This document shows positions 28,302 through 38,512 of a stretch of DNA of 64,000 bases, piece by piece. Location of the stretch: the NCBI GenBank assembly GCA_947459425.1, contig CANHDJ010000007.1:9919-73918 (forward strand). The letters are read 5' to 3'. The translations under genes and the position numbers were made by a program. Positions within the stretch are counted from its first letter, which is position 1. Every line of letters begins with the position of its first letter. The stretch is from Ignavibacteria bacterium. Lineage in GTDB: Bacteria; Bacteroidota; Ignavibacteria; Kapaibacteriales; UBA4661. Below the pieces are notes generated by a model that did not search any database, had not been told where the DNA came from, and saw only the letters and a list, made by a program, of their open reading frames with translations.

Positions 28302-29051
28302 TTATTTGTGCGTCCCAAGCAATTCACGATGCTTCTCCGGCAGCCTCCACCAAGGCGTTGCGGGAAATTCGTGATGCTCAAAATGATAGCCAAAATGATA
28401 GCACGTCAAAAACGAGAGAAGCGTACTGAAGTTATTCGTTTGTGAACGATGGCGATTCGTGTAGCCGCCATCGGGAGCATCAGGATTCGGTGCTTTATGC
28501 GGCAAATATGTCCCGAAATAAAAAAGCTGCACCGTACTAAGCAACGACGGTACGACCCAGAAAAGCAGGAGGCTTTGTACAGGAATATGCAAAAGATGGT
28601 GCAAAACGTTGAAGACCAACGCCATACCGACAATCTGTTGCCAGCCGATGTAATGCTGCAAAAAATGGGCATACCAGCGCACGAAACCTGTATGTTCACC
28701 ATCGTGAAAATCAGGATCTTCGTTTGGCGTTGCTACGTGGCGATGATGTTCCCAGTGTTTTTGCCACAATTTTTTGTAGGAGAAAAGCGCATAGAGGCGC
28801 ACCGCCGCAATTCCCAAGACATGATTTAGTCTCCGGTAATGCCGACAAACCGCGCCGTGCATAGCATCGTGCGCCGTAATAAACAGCCCTGTGAACAAAA
28901 AGGTCTGCAAGACCAGATGTAATGCGCTCTCCCACACTGGCACGGCAAAAGCATCCCGCGAGAGCGAAAAAGCAATATGCCCCGCCCATGCTGACAGAAT
29001 CAACAGCGCAATGGCAATACCTTTTATGCTATCGGTGCGGGAGGTACGCAT
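28302..29051 (-). CDS. crtW: beta-carotene ketolase (membrane desaturase superfamily)
   Basis: TGLFITAHDAMHG, HWEHH, DPDFH, QLFYFGTYLPH, LTCYHFGYHFEHH..P..PWWRLP. Confidence 0.85.
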   Translation of the reverse strand: MRTSRTDSIKGIAIALLILSAWAGHIAFSLSRDAFAVPVWESALHLVLQTFLFTGLFITAHDAMHGAVCRHYRRLNHVLGIAAVRLYALFSYKKLWQKHWEHHRHVATPNEDPDFHDGEHTGFVRWYAHFLQHYIGWQQIVGMALVFNVLHHLLHIPVQSLLLFWVVPSLLSTVQLFYFGTYLPHKAPNPDAPDGGYTNRHRSQTNNFSTLLSFLTCYHFGYHFEHHEFPATPWWRLPEKHRELLGTHK

Positions 29052-29083
29052 ACACAAGGGTGATGTGATTTTTGGAAAAGAAT

Positions 29084-30175
29084 TTAACCGATAAAATTCA
29101 TCAACACGGTATCGCGGTCAGGAAACTTTCCGAAAATAAGCGTGTAATGGTTTGCCTTGGGGACAGTATAGGTCGTACAGTTCGGGATATGACGTTTAAG
29201 AAAATCCAAACCCTTCGGGGGCAAAATTTCATCGCCCGGGCGCAGATTATATGCGCCTGCACCGAGAGCAAGAACGGGCATGGTGAGTTCGGAATAGCGA
29301 AAATGAAGAATTTCGCTATCAATCACGCGGCGTATTTGCTTGATGGGGTGCAGAATATTATTTTTCAAAATCGTTGTCATACTGAGAGAACTGCCGATGC
29401 TGTTATATTCCGCCTCGACGACATACGGTGGGCAACTTGAGCGGACGCGCCCTTCGCCCATATCTTCTAGGTCATACCGAATATAGTCTTCCATCACCTC
29501 ATCCCAAGGCTGAAGCATTGGAATTTCCTTGATGCGATCAATATACGCCTGTGCATTCGGATAAATTGTGCCGAGTCTCTGGACAGAACTGCGAATGGTA
29601 AAATATGCTTTCATCGCATTGATAGGATTGATGGGCGCTCCGGCATCCATAAGAACGAGTTTACCGACATATTCTGGATGTTTCCACGCCAGCACCATAC
29701 CGACCGCCGCACCAAGCGAATGCCCAATAACGATGGGCTTTTCGCGTCCGGGCAGATGCAGTCCCAGTTGCTCAATAACCGCACACATATCGGGAATATG
29801 CGCTTTTGTGCCATAATCGCCGCGAGGCTTGTCGGAACGCCCGCGTCCGCGCAGATCAACCGCAACAACGTTGATGCCGCTTTGCTGCAACTGCTCTGCC
29901 ATAACCTTCCAGCACATATGGTTTGCCGAAAGTCCGTGAATAAGAAGTGCTGTTTTGGTCGCACCGACCACATTCCAGCGCCCAACATGAATCCGAATAT
30001 TACCCGACATAACATCGGTTTCATCGTAATACATTTTTGGTGCTTCGAGTTGAAGCGGGGCGGGCGGTGTTGTAAGTGCGCGTTGCTGCGGCATTGCTAC
30101 TGATGCTTGCGTCGGTTTGGTACGGCGCAAAAGTGTTCGCAATCGGCGAAAAAATGATGTGATTTTTGACTTCAT
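29084..30175 (-). CDS. alpha/beta hydrolase
   Basis: LIHGL, DLRGRGRS, GHSLG nucleophile elbow, C-terminal ANHY; start uncertain. Confidence 0.9.
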   Translation of the reverse strand: MKSKITSFFRRLRTLLRRTKPTQASVAMPQQRALTTPPAPLQLEAPKMYYDETDVMSGNIRIHVGRWNVVGATKTALLIHGLSANHMCWKVMAEQLQQSGINVVAVDLRGRGRSDKPRGDYGTKAHIPDMCAVIEQLGLHLPGREKPIVIGHSLGAAVGMVLAWKHPEYVGKLVLMDAGAPINPINAMKAYFTIRSSVQRLGTIYPNAQAYIDRIKEIPMLQPWDEVMEDYIRYDLEDMGEGRVRSSCPPYVVEAEYNSIGSSLSMTTILKNNILHPIKQIRRVIDSEILHFRYSELTMPVLALGAGAYNLRPGDEILPPKGLDFLKRHIPNCTTYTVPKANHYTLIFGKFPDRDTVLMNFIG

Positions 30176-30281
30176 TAGTAAATAAACAAATGGTTGATAT
30201 GTCAACTAAAAAGTCAAGATACAAAAAAAACGAGAAAATGCAAGATGAAAGATTGATTACAACTGCAAACGATACTGCCAC

Positions 30282-31298
30282 CTACGCCATCGCCAATTTC
30301 ATCAAATCATCGCTCACACCAGCAATAATCAGCGTCATATCCGCCCCCAATATTGTCTGACTTTGTGCCGGAAACTGCACCGTTTCATCGGGGAGTTTTA
30401 ACGCCAGAACGATAACATGAAAGCGCTCTGGTAGGCGCAAATCGGTCAGTGTTTTACCGATGAACGTCGGATAATCAGTCATGCGCAATTCTTTGACCGA
30501 AACGTCCAATGCGATGCGCCGCGTGACGAGTTCAAAAGAATCAATCACATTTTGCTGCAACAACATATGGGTCATCCGCACAGCACCAATTTCCTGCGGA
30601 GACAGCACGGCATCGGCTCCGGCACGTTTGAGCTTGCTTTGGGAAGAATATTGATCGGCACGAGCGACGATGTAGAGATCTGACCTCAGCCCCCGCGCAG
30701 TGAGCGTGACGAAAATATTCGCCGCATCGCTGTCCAGCGAGGTTGCCAATCCTCGCGCCCGCTCTATACCTGCTTTCTGCAAAATTTCTTCGTTGGTCGC
30801 ATCACCAATCACCGCAACAATACCCTTTACCCGCAAATCCTCCGCCATCGCTGCGTTCTGCTCGACAATGACAAAAGGTTTTCCCAACTCCTGTAATTCC
30901 CGTGCTATGAGGCTGCCAGAGCGTCCGTAGCCGCAGATAATGTAATGCTGATCCATCATGCGTAATTTCCGTTTGGAGATGCTGTTGGTGATAAGTTCCG
31001 GTCGCAAAAGTGCCTCGACAAGAATGGATAAGGAGTAAGCCGCAATCCCAACGCCGACAACGATAAAAGCGACCGTAAAAAGCCGTCCATTATGCGAGAG
31101 CGGATGCGTTTCGCCATAGCCGATAGTGGTCATCGTTATCATGGTCATATACAGCGCATCGAAAGCGCTCCAGCCCTCAACGCTCATATAGCCAAGCGTC
31201 CCGACAAGCGGTATCACCGCCAGCAGTATCAGCGCGAACCATGGTTTTCGGTCAATAACCAGTCGTGCGGTTTTTTCAGCTAATGGTAAAAGGTGCAT
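30282..31298 (-). CDS. potassium channel with RCK (TrkA-N/TrkA-C) domains
   Basis: TTIGYG selectivity filter, IICGYGRSG, GDAT, AGIERARGL. Confidence 0.93.
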   Translation of the reverse strand: MHLLPLAEKTARLVIDRKPWFALILLAVIPLVGTLGYMSVEGWSAFDALYMTMITMTTIGYGETHPLSHNGRLFTVAFIVVGVGIAAYSLSILVEALLRPELITNSISKRKLRMMDQHYIICGYGRSGSLIARELQELGKPFVIVEQNAAMAEDLRVKGIVAVIGDATNEEILQKAGIERARGLATSLDSDAANIFVTLTARGLRSDLYIVARADQYSSQSKLKRAGADAVLSPQEIGAVRMTHMLLQQNVIDSFELVTRRIALDVSVKELRMTDYPTFIGKTLTDLRLPERFHVIVLALKLPDETVQFPAQSQTILGADMTLIIAGVSDDLMKLAMA

Positions 31299-31366
31299 AT
31301 ATTCCGGGGTGGTCCTGAACGATGAATGCCTATCGAAAGTGCCTTCGCACTGCCATTACTCATTTT

Positions 31367-33373
31367 TTACAATGCCTTTTGCAAAAACGCCAGAAATTCG
31401 GCTCTGTTCCGCGTGAACGCTTTCGTTGCGATGACACTTCCATCCGGCTTCAGCAGTACGTACAACGGTAGTTCGATAGAGCCGAACTGCTCCAATTGAC
31501 GTTTTTTATGCGATAAGTAGGGATCTTGTTTACGGTCGGTGAAAAGCTGCACTTTGATCATATCCCTCATCAATGCTTGCACTTCCGGTGCTGGGAATAC
31601 ATTTGCTTCCATCCATCGGCAATTGGTACAGGTGAAGCCTGTGAAATCAATAAATACAGGCTTGCCCGTGCGCTTTGCTTCTGCCAAACCCTCTTCATAG
31701 CTGGGCAGCCATGCTTCTGGTGCTTGAGGAGTGTTTGTGGTAGCGCTTCGTCCTGCATCGTTGGGATTTTTACTCATAATACGCTCATAATCCATCGGCG
31801 GCAAAAAAGCATCCAATTCGCCTAATTTTTTGCCCATCAAACCTGCTATCAGGTAAAATGTTACCGATGCAAAAAGCAGCGCAATCATTGCTCGTGGCGT
31901 GCCGATGCTCTTGATTTCGCTATCGTGCGAGAAGCGAAATACGCCCAGCACATAGAGCGTAATCAAAATTGCGCAGCCAATCCACACTGCCAAAAAGACA
32001 TCCCGCGAGAGAATACCCCACGCCCAGACCAAATCGCTATTGCTGATAAATTTCATTGCAGCAGCAATTTCCAGAAATCCCATCACAACTTTGACATTAT
32101 TCATCCAGCCACCAGCTTTCGGGAGGCGTTGCATCGCTGATGGAAAGAGCGCCAGCAAGACAAATGGCATAGCAAATACTGACGAAAAACCTGCCATTCC
32201 GACAAGCGGATAAAACCACTCGCCCGACGATGCCGAAATAAGCGCCGCGCCCACAAATGGTACGGTACACGTAAACGAGGTGATAGAAAATGTTACCGCC
32301 ATAAGAACAACCGCACCAATACTTTCTCCGTTTCCGGCAGCATTGTTCATGCGGTTGAGGAGCATATTGGGCAGAGGAATTTCAAATGCACCAAAAAGAT
32401 TAAAGGCAAAAAGGATAAACACCAGTGCCAAAGCGATGTTCACCCAAGGATTCGCTGCAAAATCCCCAATGCCGGTTGCACCAAAAACAAGCGACAACAC
32501 AAAACCAAGCGCCGTGAAGGTGAAGACAATACCGAGCGCATACACCAAAGAATCCCGCAGCCCGCGTCCACGCTGCTTTTCAGCCCGCTTCGTAAAAAAA
32601 GAAACGGTTATCGGAACCATCGGAAAAACGCACGGCGTAAGCAGTGCCGATGCGCCTGCGCCCATCGCAAAAAGCAAAAATGCCCAAATTCCTTCGCTTC
32701 GCTTTTGAGCAATTTCCGTTTGCGACTCGGTTGTTTGAGGGCTTGACTGCTTGGTGCTTGATGCTTGATTATTTGGTGCTTGATCGTTTGACTGCTTGGT
32801 GCTTGATGCTTGTTCGCTTGTTCCTTGTGTAGCAGTGGTGTCGGCTGTTGCTGCCGCAAGCATTGATGCGCCTTCCGGGACAACGACGGTAAGGCTAATT
32901 TCGTCATCGGTGGGCGGCAAACACCGCTCGGAGTCGCACGTCATGGAGGTAATGGTCAGCGTTGCTTTGTGCTTGCCGACAGCCAGATTGGAAGCGGCTT
33001 TCACGGGAATCATGAGCGTCACGTCGCCTTCATAATAATCAATCTCAATCTGAAAGCCTTGGTCAAATTTTTGTTTGGGTTTGGGGGCTTTTACCTTTCC
33101 CGCAAGTGCCAGTACACTGTTTGGCGCAATCGTGATTTCTGTTGCTTGAGGTCCTAAGCCGTCTTTGTCGGTGCGTGGTATCAGCCCATAGGTGTACCAG
33201 CCCGCATCAACACTCATGGTGAGCTTCATCATTGTTTGTTCGCCCGGCTTGAGTGTGAGATTTTGCGGAGAGACGATAAACTTGATGTGCTTGCTCACCA
33301 GCAATGGTGCGGCAAAAGCGTGTTGGGATAGGAGCAGCAAGGCGAGAAAAACAAGCAGCGTAGTCTTTTTCAT
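31367..33373 (-). CDS. dsbD: protein-disulfide reductase DsbD family
   Basis: N-domain CDSERCLPP, TM-domain LLTPCVFPMVP and SFTCTVP, thioredoxin domain DFTGFTCTNCR. Confidence 0.92.
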   Translation of the reverse strand: MKKTTLLVFLALLLLSQHAFAAPLLVSKHIKFIVSPQNLTLKPGEQTMMKLTMSVDAGWYTYGLIPRTDKDGLGPQATEITIAPNSVLALAGKVKAPKPKQKFDQGFQIEIDYYEGDVTLMIPVKAASNLAVGKHKATLTITSMTCDSERCLPPTDDEISLTVVVPEGASMLAAATADTTATQGTSEQASSTKQSNDQAPNNQASSTKQSSPQTTESQTEIAQKRSEGIWAFLLFAMGAGASALLTPCVFPMVPITVSFFTKRAEKQRGRGLRDSLVYALGIVFTFTALGFVLSLVFGATGIGDFAANPWVNIALALVFILFAFNLFGAFEIPLPNMLLNRMNNAAGNGESIGAVVLMAVTFSITSFTCTVPFVGAALISASSGEWFYPLVGMAGFSSVFAMPFVLLALFPSAMQRLPKAGGWMNNVKVVMGFLEIAAAMKFISNSDLVWAWGILSRDVFLAVWIGCAILITLYVLGVFRFSHDSEIKSIGTPRAMIALLFASVTFYLIAGLMGKKLGELDAFLPPMDYERIMSKNPNDAGRSATTNTPQAPEAWLPSYEEGLAEAKRTGKPVFIDFTGFTCTNCRWMEANVFPAPEVQALMRDMIKVQLFTDRKQDPYLSHKKRQLEQFGSIELPLYVLLKPDGSVIATKAFTRNRAEFLAFLQKAL
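32743..32820 (-). repeat. 7/8-nt short tandem repeat translated within the DsbD linker
   Basis: CAAGCA[TCG] units on the coding strand; identical 25-mers at 32743-32767 and 32788-32812 encode QASSTKQS twice. Confidence 0.8.
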
Positions 33374-33466
33374 GGGAAGGAAGTGGAAAGTGGTGGAATA
33401 TCGTCAATACGTGGCAAAATGAGGCTTAACAGGCGGTTTCTTTTGTAGAGCAATGATATTGAACGA

Positions 33467-34225
33467 TTAAAACGCAATACCAAACTTGATAATATCGCGC
33501 ACCAAAAGAAGCAAAACATGAGCAAAGCGCTCATAGCCCCAATACGTCCCAAAACCAATCATTGTCACGCCAAGAATACGATTGATTTTGACCATGACCG
33601 CGCCCGAAAAAATATGCCGATAGCGCAGCGTCATCTGGGTCAAAAACGTCAGCCATGACAACACGCCGATGGCATAACCGAGCGAAAAAGCAATGTGTTG
33701 AGTAAGTATGCCGGATTGCATAAAACCGTATTTTCCAGCGATGTAGGAGATGGTCGTCATAAGCGGGACGAAGGTCGGGTTTGCCAGATGCGTCAGGGAA
33801 AGCGCCACGCCGATAAAAAATGGTCCGTAGGCGGCGATACGCCCCATGAAGCCCCAGGATGTTTCGTGGGGTGCCGTTATCGCAGCATCATCGGTATCGG
33901 GAAGTGTATTGACAGCTTTGCTGAGATTGGTGCGAAGGCTGATTGCGCCATAGACAATCAATCCAATGACTGCGACTGCCTGGACAATCGTGAGAAGGTG
34001 AGGAAAGCGCGTCATTACGCCGTCGGCAAAGGAGATAATGGTGCCTGTGGCAAGGGAAAACGTAAAGCTGTACACCACATCCAGCAAGGCAATACCGTAG
34101 GCAATACGCATGGCATGGTGTTTTCCTTGATTGAGTGCTGCACGCATAATCACGACCATTACGGGACCCGGCGGGATTGCGACGAGCAAGCCTAATGTCA
34201 AACCGGTGAGCAGGGTTAATATCAT
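33467..34225 (-). CDS. LysE-family exporter
   Basis: GLLVAIPPGPV N-terminal motif, LANP, 5-6 TM segments, INRILG. Confidence 0.85.
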   Translation of the reverse strand: MILTLLTGLTLGLLVAIPPGPVMVVIMRAALNQGKHHAMRIAYGIALLDVVYSFTFSLATGTIISFADGVMTRFPHLLTIVQAVAVIGLIVYGAISLRTNLSKAVNTLPDTDDAAITAPHETSWGFMGRIAAYGPFFIGVALSLTHLANPTFVPLMTTISYIAGKYGFMQSGILTQHIAFSLGYAIGVLSWLTFLTQMTLRYRHIFSGAVMVKINRILGVTMIGFGTYWGYERFAHVLLLLVRDIIKFGIAF

Positions 34226-34332
34226 CGGGAGTATTGAGTGTTTATTCGGCAAAAATGAAAAACAATGTGGCTCTGTGACTACTTTAACGCAAAAACGCTC
34301 TAAAAAGTTATTGTTTTTTGATGTAAATCTTC

Positions 34333-34340
34333 CAAATTTA
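34333..34340 (-). promoter_or_regulatory. TAnnTTTG -7 element upstream of the LysE gene
   Basis: Minus-strand TAAATTTG in a divergent intergenic region. Confidence 0.4.
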
Positions 34341-34437
34341 CGCCTCTTTCGGAACATAGCCAAAGAACAATCACAAACATTGAGTGTTTATGCGGCTTTC
34401 CTTTGGCAGAAATCATTTGTTCATTTCTCTTACCATC

Positions 34438-35409
34438 ATGCGCATCACGAAATCCTTATCCATTGCCGTTTTGCCGCTTATTGTCTGCTTTTTGCTGGCG
34501 TGCAGTCTGTGGCTGTATGCCAGTATGCGTGAGGAGTACACGGCTGTTGTGGATATTCCCCTCGAAATCCGCCTGCCCGCCGGACGGACACTCGAAACGG
34601 AAGTAGCGACAAGCATCAGAGCGCAAGTGCAGGGCGCGGGCTGGCAGTTGGTGAATCATTTTCTTTCTGCTTCAATTCGCTGCGTTGTCTATGTGCCGGA
34701 AAAGCGACTTGCGCGTGGGGAGGAGGAGCAGACCAACATCACGATTTCGCGGCAAATGCTCACTCAAGCTATCCAATCGCCTGTGGGCATAGCATTGCAG
34801 CGCATTATGGCGGATTCGCTGCTTCTTTCGGTGGGAAGTATTGTGGAAAAGCGTGTGGCGGTGCGACCGGTGCTGGATATTGAAATGCGCGAAGGATTTA
34901 TTTTAGCAGAGTCGCCTTCTGCTGTGCCGGACAGTATCGTTATTCGTGGCAGTCGCACGATGCTTCGGCGTATGCCGTCGTGGAACACCAGCGTCATGCG
35001 TCTTCGCGATATGTATGAAGGCACACGCATCCAAACAACGCTTGACGACACGCTTTCGGGACTTATTACCATTCCGCAAGTCCCCGTGAATGTTAGCTTG
35101 ACAATTCAACAAATGGCAGAAGTGCAGTTTGATGATATTCCTGTGCGGCTTTTGGGCGCTCCGGCGCGTCATTCCTTTGTTGTGCTGCCGGAACGTGTAT
35201 CGGTGACGTTGCGCGGTGGCGTAGAGAATATTGCGCGGCTTTTGCCGGAGAATGTAACGGCGGCGTTGGATTATCTGGATGTTCTCGCCTCGACGACAGG
35301 AACTCTTCGCCCCCGCATTGTTGTGCCGACGGAGGTGCAGGTCATCAGCGTTTCACCACAGTTTTTGCGGAGTCGTAAGCGTCTTTTTCTTGCACAAAAA
35401 CGGGAATGA
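34438..35409 (+). CDS. YbbR/CdaR-like domain protein
   Basis: N-terminal TM anchor LACSLWLY, repeated beta domains (PDSIVIRG, PERVSVTLRG). Confidence 0.75.
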   Translation: MRITKSLSIAVLPLIVCFLLACSLWLYASMREEYTAVVDIPLEIRLPAGRTLETEVATSIRAQVQGAGWQLVNHFLSASIRCVVYVPEKRLARGEEEQTNITISRQMLTQAIQSPVGIALQRIMADSLLLSVGSIVEKRVAVRPVLDIEMREGFILAESPSAVPDSIVIRGSRTMLRRMPSWNTSVMRLRDMYEGTRIQTTLDDTLSGLITIPQVPVNVSLTIQQMAEVQFDDIPVRLLGAPARHSFVVLPERVSVTLRGGVENIARLLPENVTAALDYLDVLASTTGTLRPRIVVPTEVQVISVSPQFLRSRKRLFLAQKRE

Positions 35410-35491
35410 GACAGAAACTTCTTTGCACAACATCAGGAAGAATCCTATTTTGGTACGAGGTTACACGCCCTATTACGTTTTTGCAGCTATT

Positions 35492-36058
35492 ATGCACCGT
35501 CAATCACTTCTCAATCTTCTTGCTGCTTACACGCCCGCAAGCACGTATGAAAGCCACGTCTGTGGCGTTATTGCTCACTTTGTTCGAGAATACCACGATT
35601 GCTTCAAGCGAGAACTGCTCGTGGGGCATATTACGGGGTCGGCGTGGGTTGTTAACGGCACGATGGATAAAACCTTGCTAACGCATCATCGCAAATTGAA
35701 TAAATGGCTCCAACTCGGTGGGCATTGCGACGGTGATCACGATGTGCAGCGTGTAGCACTCCGCGAGGCAGTGGAAGAATCGGGCATTTACGATATTGTC
35801 CCCCATTCATCCGATATTTTCGATTTGGACATACACGAAATTCCCGAAAGGCGCACTGAATCTTCCGTTGAGCCGAAACATTTTCACTACGACGTGCGGT
35901 TTTTGTTCATTGCCGATGAAATGTCGCCCTTGACGATAACGGCGGAATCAAAGGATTTGCGCTGGGTTGCGCTGGGTGAGGTGCAAACATTGACACAGGA
36001 AGAATCTATGCTTAGAATGGTCGAAAAGACGCGCAAAGCCTCGCGGCATCATTTTTGA
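35492..36058 (+). CDS. NUDIX hydrolase
   Basis: GHITGSAWV, HHRKLNKWLQLGGHCDG..ALREAVEESG Nudix box, HYDVRF. Confidence 0.93.
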   Translation: MHRQSLLNLLAAYTPASTYESHVCGVIAHFVREYHDCFKRELLVGHITGSAWVVNGTMDKTLLTHHRKLNKWLQLGGHCDGDHDVQRVALREAVEESGIYDIVPHSSDIFDLDIHEIPERRTESSVEPKHFHYDVRFLFIADEMSPLTITAESKDLRWVALGEVQTLTQEESMLRMVEKTRKASRHHF

Positions 36059-36062
36059 AATA

Positions 36063-36089
36063 CGAGCAAACTTCGTTTGCACTCCTGTT
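36063..36089 (-). repeat. REP-like family B copy between convergent genes
   Basis: Reverse complement reads AACAGGAGTGCAAACGAAGTTTGCTCG. Confidence 0.65.
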
Positions 36090-36103
36090 TGGGGAATGAT
36101 TCT

Positions 36104-38269
36104 TTAGCGCAAAGGCAATGCTACAATAAACGCCGCACCGCTCCCATACTCACTTTCGCAATGAATAGTGCCGCCAAGAAGTTCGACCAATTTTTTTACA
36201 ATCGAAAGCCCCAGCCCCGTTGATTGCTCGCCAGCCGTAGGGCGGGCAGAGAGTTTGGTAAACCGACCGAAGAGCTTGGTTTTATCATCCTCCGTCAGCC
36301 CCTGCCCTTCGTCGGTGACCGATATTTTGACCATTGTTTCCGATGGAACAAGACTTACCCAGACACGTTTATCAGGAGGCGAGTATTTCAGCGCGTTAGA
36401 GACGAGATTATCCAATACTTGCCGAATAATCGCCTCGTCGGTATGCACCATGACGGGATGCGCGGGAAGTTCCTGCACAAGCTGTATGCGCTTGCTTTCG
36501 GCGCGAAACGCATATTCACTGCTGACGGTGGCGACGAGTTGTACCAAGTCAACATCGCCGAGATTGAGAATAATCTGCCCCTCATCCACCGCTTGAGCAT
36601 CTAAAATGTTGAGAATAATATCGCGCATTCGTACTGCTGTGCGCTCTATTCCTTCCATTTGTCCAATAATTTCCGGCATCGTCAGTTTGTGCGAGTAGCG
36701 CTTGACCATTGATGCCGACATAACAATCGAACTGAGCGGATTTTTCAAATCATGCGATGCAATTGCCAAAAATTCACTCTTTTGTCGGCTCAAATATTCA
36801 AGAAGAGCATTTTGCTCGTGCAATGCGGTGTTTGCCAGTTCAATTTCTCCGGCTTGTTCCTCCAAAATGCTTTGTTGGCGCTCTAAGGCAAGATTTTTTT
36901 CATTGAGTTCGGTATTTGCAAATTCGATATCGGTCGCTTGTTGTTCCAAAATAGCTTGTTGGTGCAGAATTTGCTCATTCTGCTCTTGGAGGAGCAGATT
37001 ATCATGCTGTTTCCGGCGGATAAAGACGATGAGAACCACCGCCAATACAATTAATATCACCACAGCCCCAATAACCGCCAAAAATTGAATGCGCTGCCGC
37101 GCTTGCTCCTGCCCCAAGACCTCAATACGACGCTGCTGCTCGGTTAAGGCAAGGCGATTTTGCATCTCGGCAATCCGCTTGCTGCTGCCGACGCTTTTAA
37201 GCGAATCCGCCAAGTGAATGTGGAGCATACGGTAAAAATATGCCGAATCGAAGACATTTAGTGCCACAAACCGCAGAGCAAGCCCGTCGTAGCTATCTTT
37301 CAAGACCTGCGGCGCACCAATGCGCTGTGCCACCGCGATTGCCTGACGGAAATATCCAAATGACGAGCCGTTATCGCCGAGTGACGCATAAATTTTTCCC
37401 AATAAATGATAGGACTCACCCAAAGAATAGCTGTCTCCACGCGGCTCACGAATGCGAAGTGCCTTTTTTTCGTATTCCAATGCCGCAACAATCTCGCCTT
37501 GAAGATACCGCACCGCACCCAAATTGAAATATGAATACGCGATGCTATTGGAGTCCGCACGTTGGAGTGCGAGGTCAAGCGACCGATGATGCCAATACAA
37601 CGAAGAGTCGTACTGCCGCATTTTTTCATAAATAACACCGAGATTATTTGTGCATATACTAATTCCTTCGTTATCTCGTACCGCTTCAAGCAATGGCAAC
37701 GCTTTGAGGAGATACTCTTTTGTTCTTTGAAACTCCTCCCGATAGGAATAGAGCGTTCCCATTTCTATGTAACAATACGCTTTACCAACATCATTCCCTG
37801 TTTTGTCATACAATGCAAGCGCCGTCGCATGGGATTCCAATGCCTGTGAAAAATTTCCCATGCGCGTATTGGCAGCGCCAATATTGTAGTGCGCCCGTGC
37901 AGCGCCGTTGGTGTAACCAATACGCTCGGCAAGAGCAAGCGCCTCGGAAGCACGAAGAATCATCTCCGAAAATTTGGTAAAACGCATCGAACGGGCTAAT
38001 GTATTGAGCGCATCCACCTTCACAGAATCGCTCGTCGCCGATGCAACCGCCGCACGAAGGCTGTCCGAAAGTGGGTTGCCGGGTAAAGTGCTGATGCTTG
38101 CAGGTGTGGTGGCGTTTGTGGGCTGCGCAAAAGCGGAAGGCGCAGAATACAATAGCCACAAAAGCAGCAAGCCGCATCCGGCGGCGATTGCTTGCTTCGT
38201 ATTCGGGAAAGGGAAGGTGAACCGAAAAGATTGTTGCTGGGAATATCCCCAAAATAGCGGATTCATCAT
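36104..38269 (-). CDS. TPR-containing sensor histidine kinase
   Basis: Periplasmic TPRs, one TM, H-box ASHDLKNPL, N-box NLVSNALKYS, DEGQG, TGLGLSI. Confidence 0.95.
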   Translation of the reverse strand: MMNPLFWGYSQQQSFRFTFPFPNTKQAIAAGCGLLLLWLLYSAPSAFAQPTNATTPASISTLPGNPLSDSLRAAVASATSDSVKVDALNTLARSMRFTKFSEMILRASEALALAERIGYTNGAARAHYNIGAANTRMGNFSQALESHATALALYDKTGNDVGKAYCYIEMGTLYSYREEFQRTKEYLLKALPLLEAVRDNEGISICTNNLGVIYEKMRQYDSSLYWHHRSLDLALQRADSNSIAYSYFNLGAVRYLQGEIVAALEYEKKALRIREPRGDSYSLGESYHLLGKIYASLGDNGSSFGYFRQAIAVAQRIGAPQVLKDSYDGLALRFVALNVFDSAYFYRMLHIHLADSLKSVGSSKRIAEMQNRLALTEQQRRIEVLGQEQARQRIQFLAVIGAVVILIVLAVVLIVFIRRKQHDNLLLQEQNEQILHQQAILEQQATDIEFANTELNEKNLALERQQSILEEQAGEIELANTALHEQNALLEYLSRQKSEFLAIASHDLKNPLSSIVMSASMVKRYSHKLTMPEIIGQMEGIERTAVRMRDIILNILDAQAVDEGQIILNLGDVDLVQLVATVSSEYAFRAESKRIQLVQELPAHPVMVHTDEAIIRQVLDNLVSNALKYSPPDKRVWVSLVPSETMVKISVTDEGQGLTEDDKTKLFGRFTKLSARPTAGEQSTGLGLSIVKKLVELLGGTIHCESEYGSGAAFIVALPLR

Positions 38270-38512
38270 GGTCTTTCTATCCTGTATCGTGCTTGCTTTG
38301 CCTCTAGCGTTGAGGTTCTGAACGACAATCTACGAAAAACTCCTCAAGAAGAGAGCGAATTACGTGTTTTTTACTCGCACAGGAGTAGTGCGGTAAAAAA
38401 GGAAATCGGCGTTAGGCAAAATCTCCGTTGGTTTTCCCCCATTCCTCACGTAAATTACACGCCGATTATCAAACAGACGCTTTCGTTCACATTTTTTCGG
38501 GAGACAGTATTT

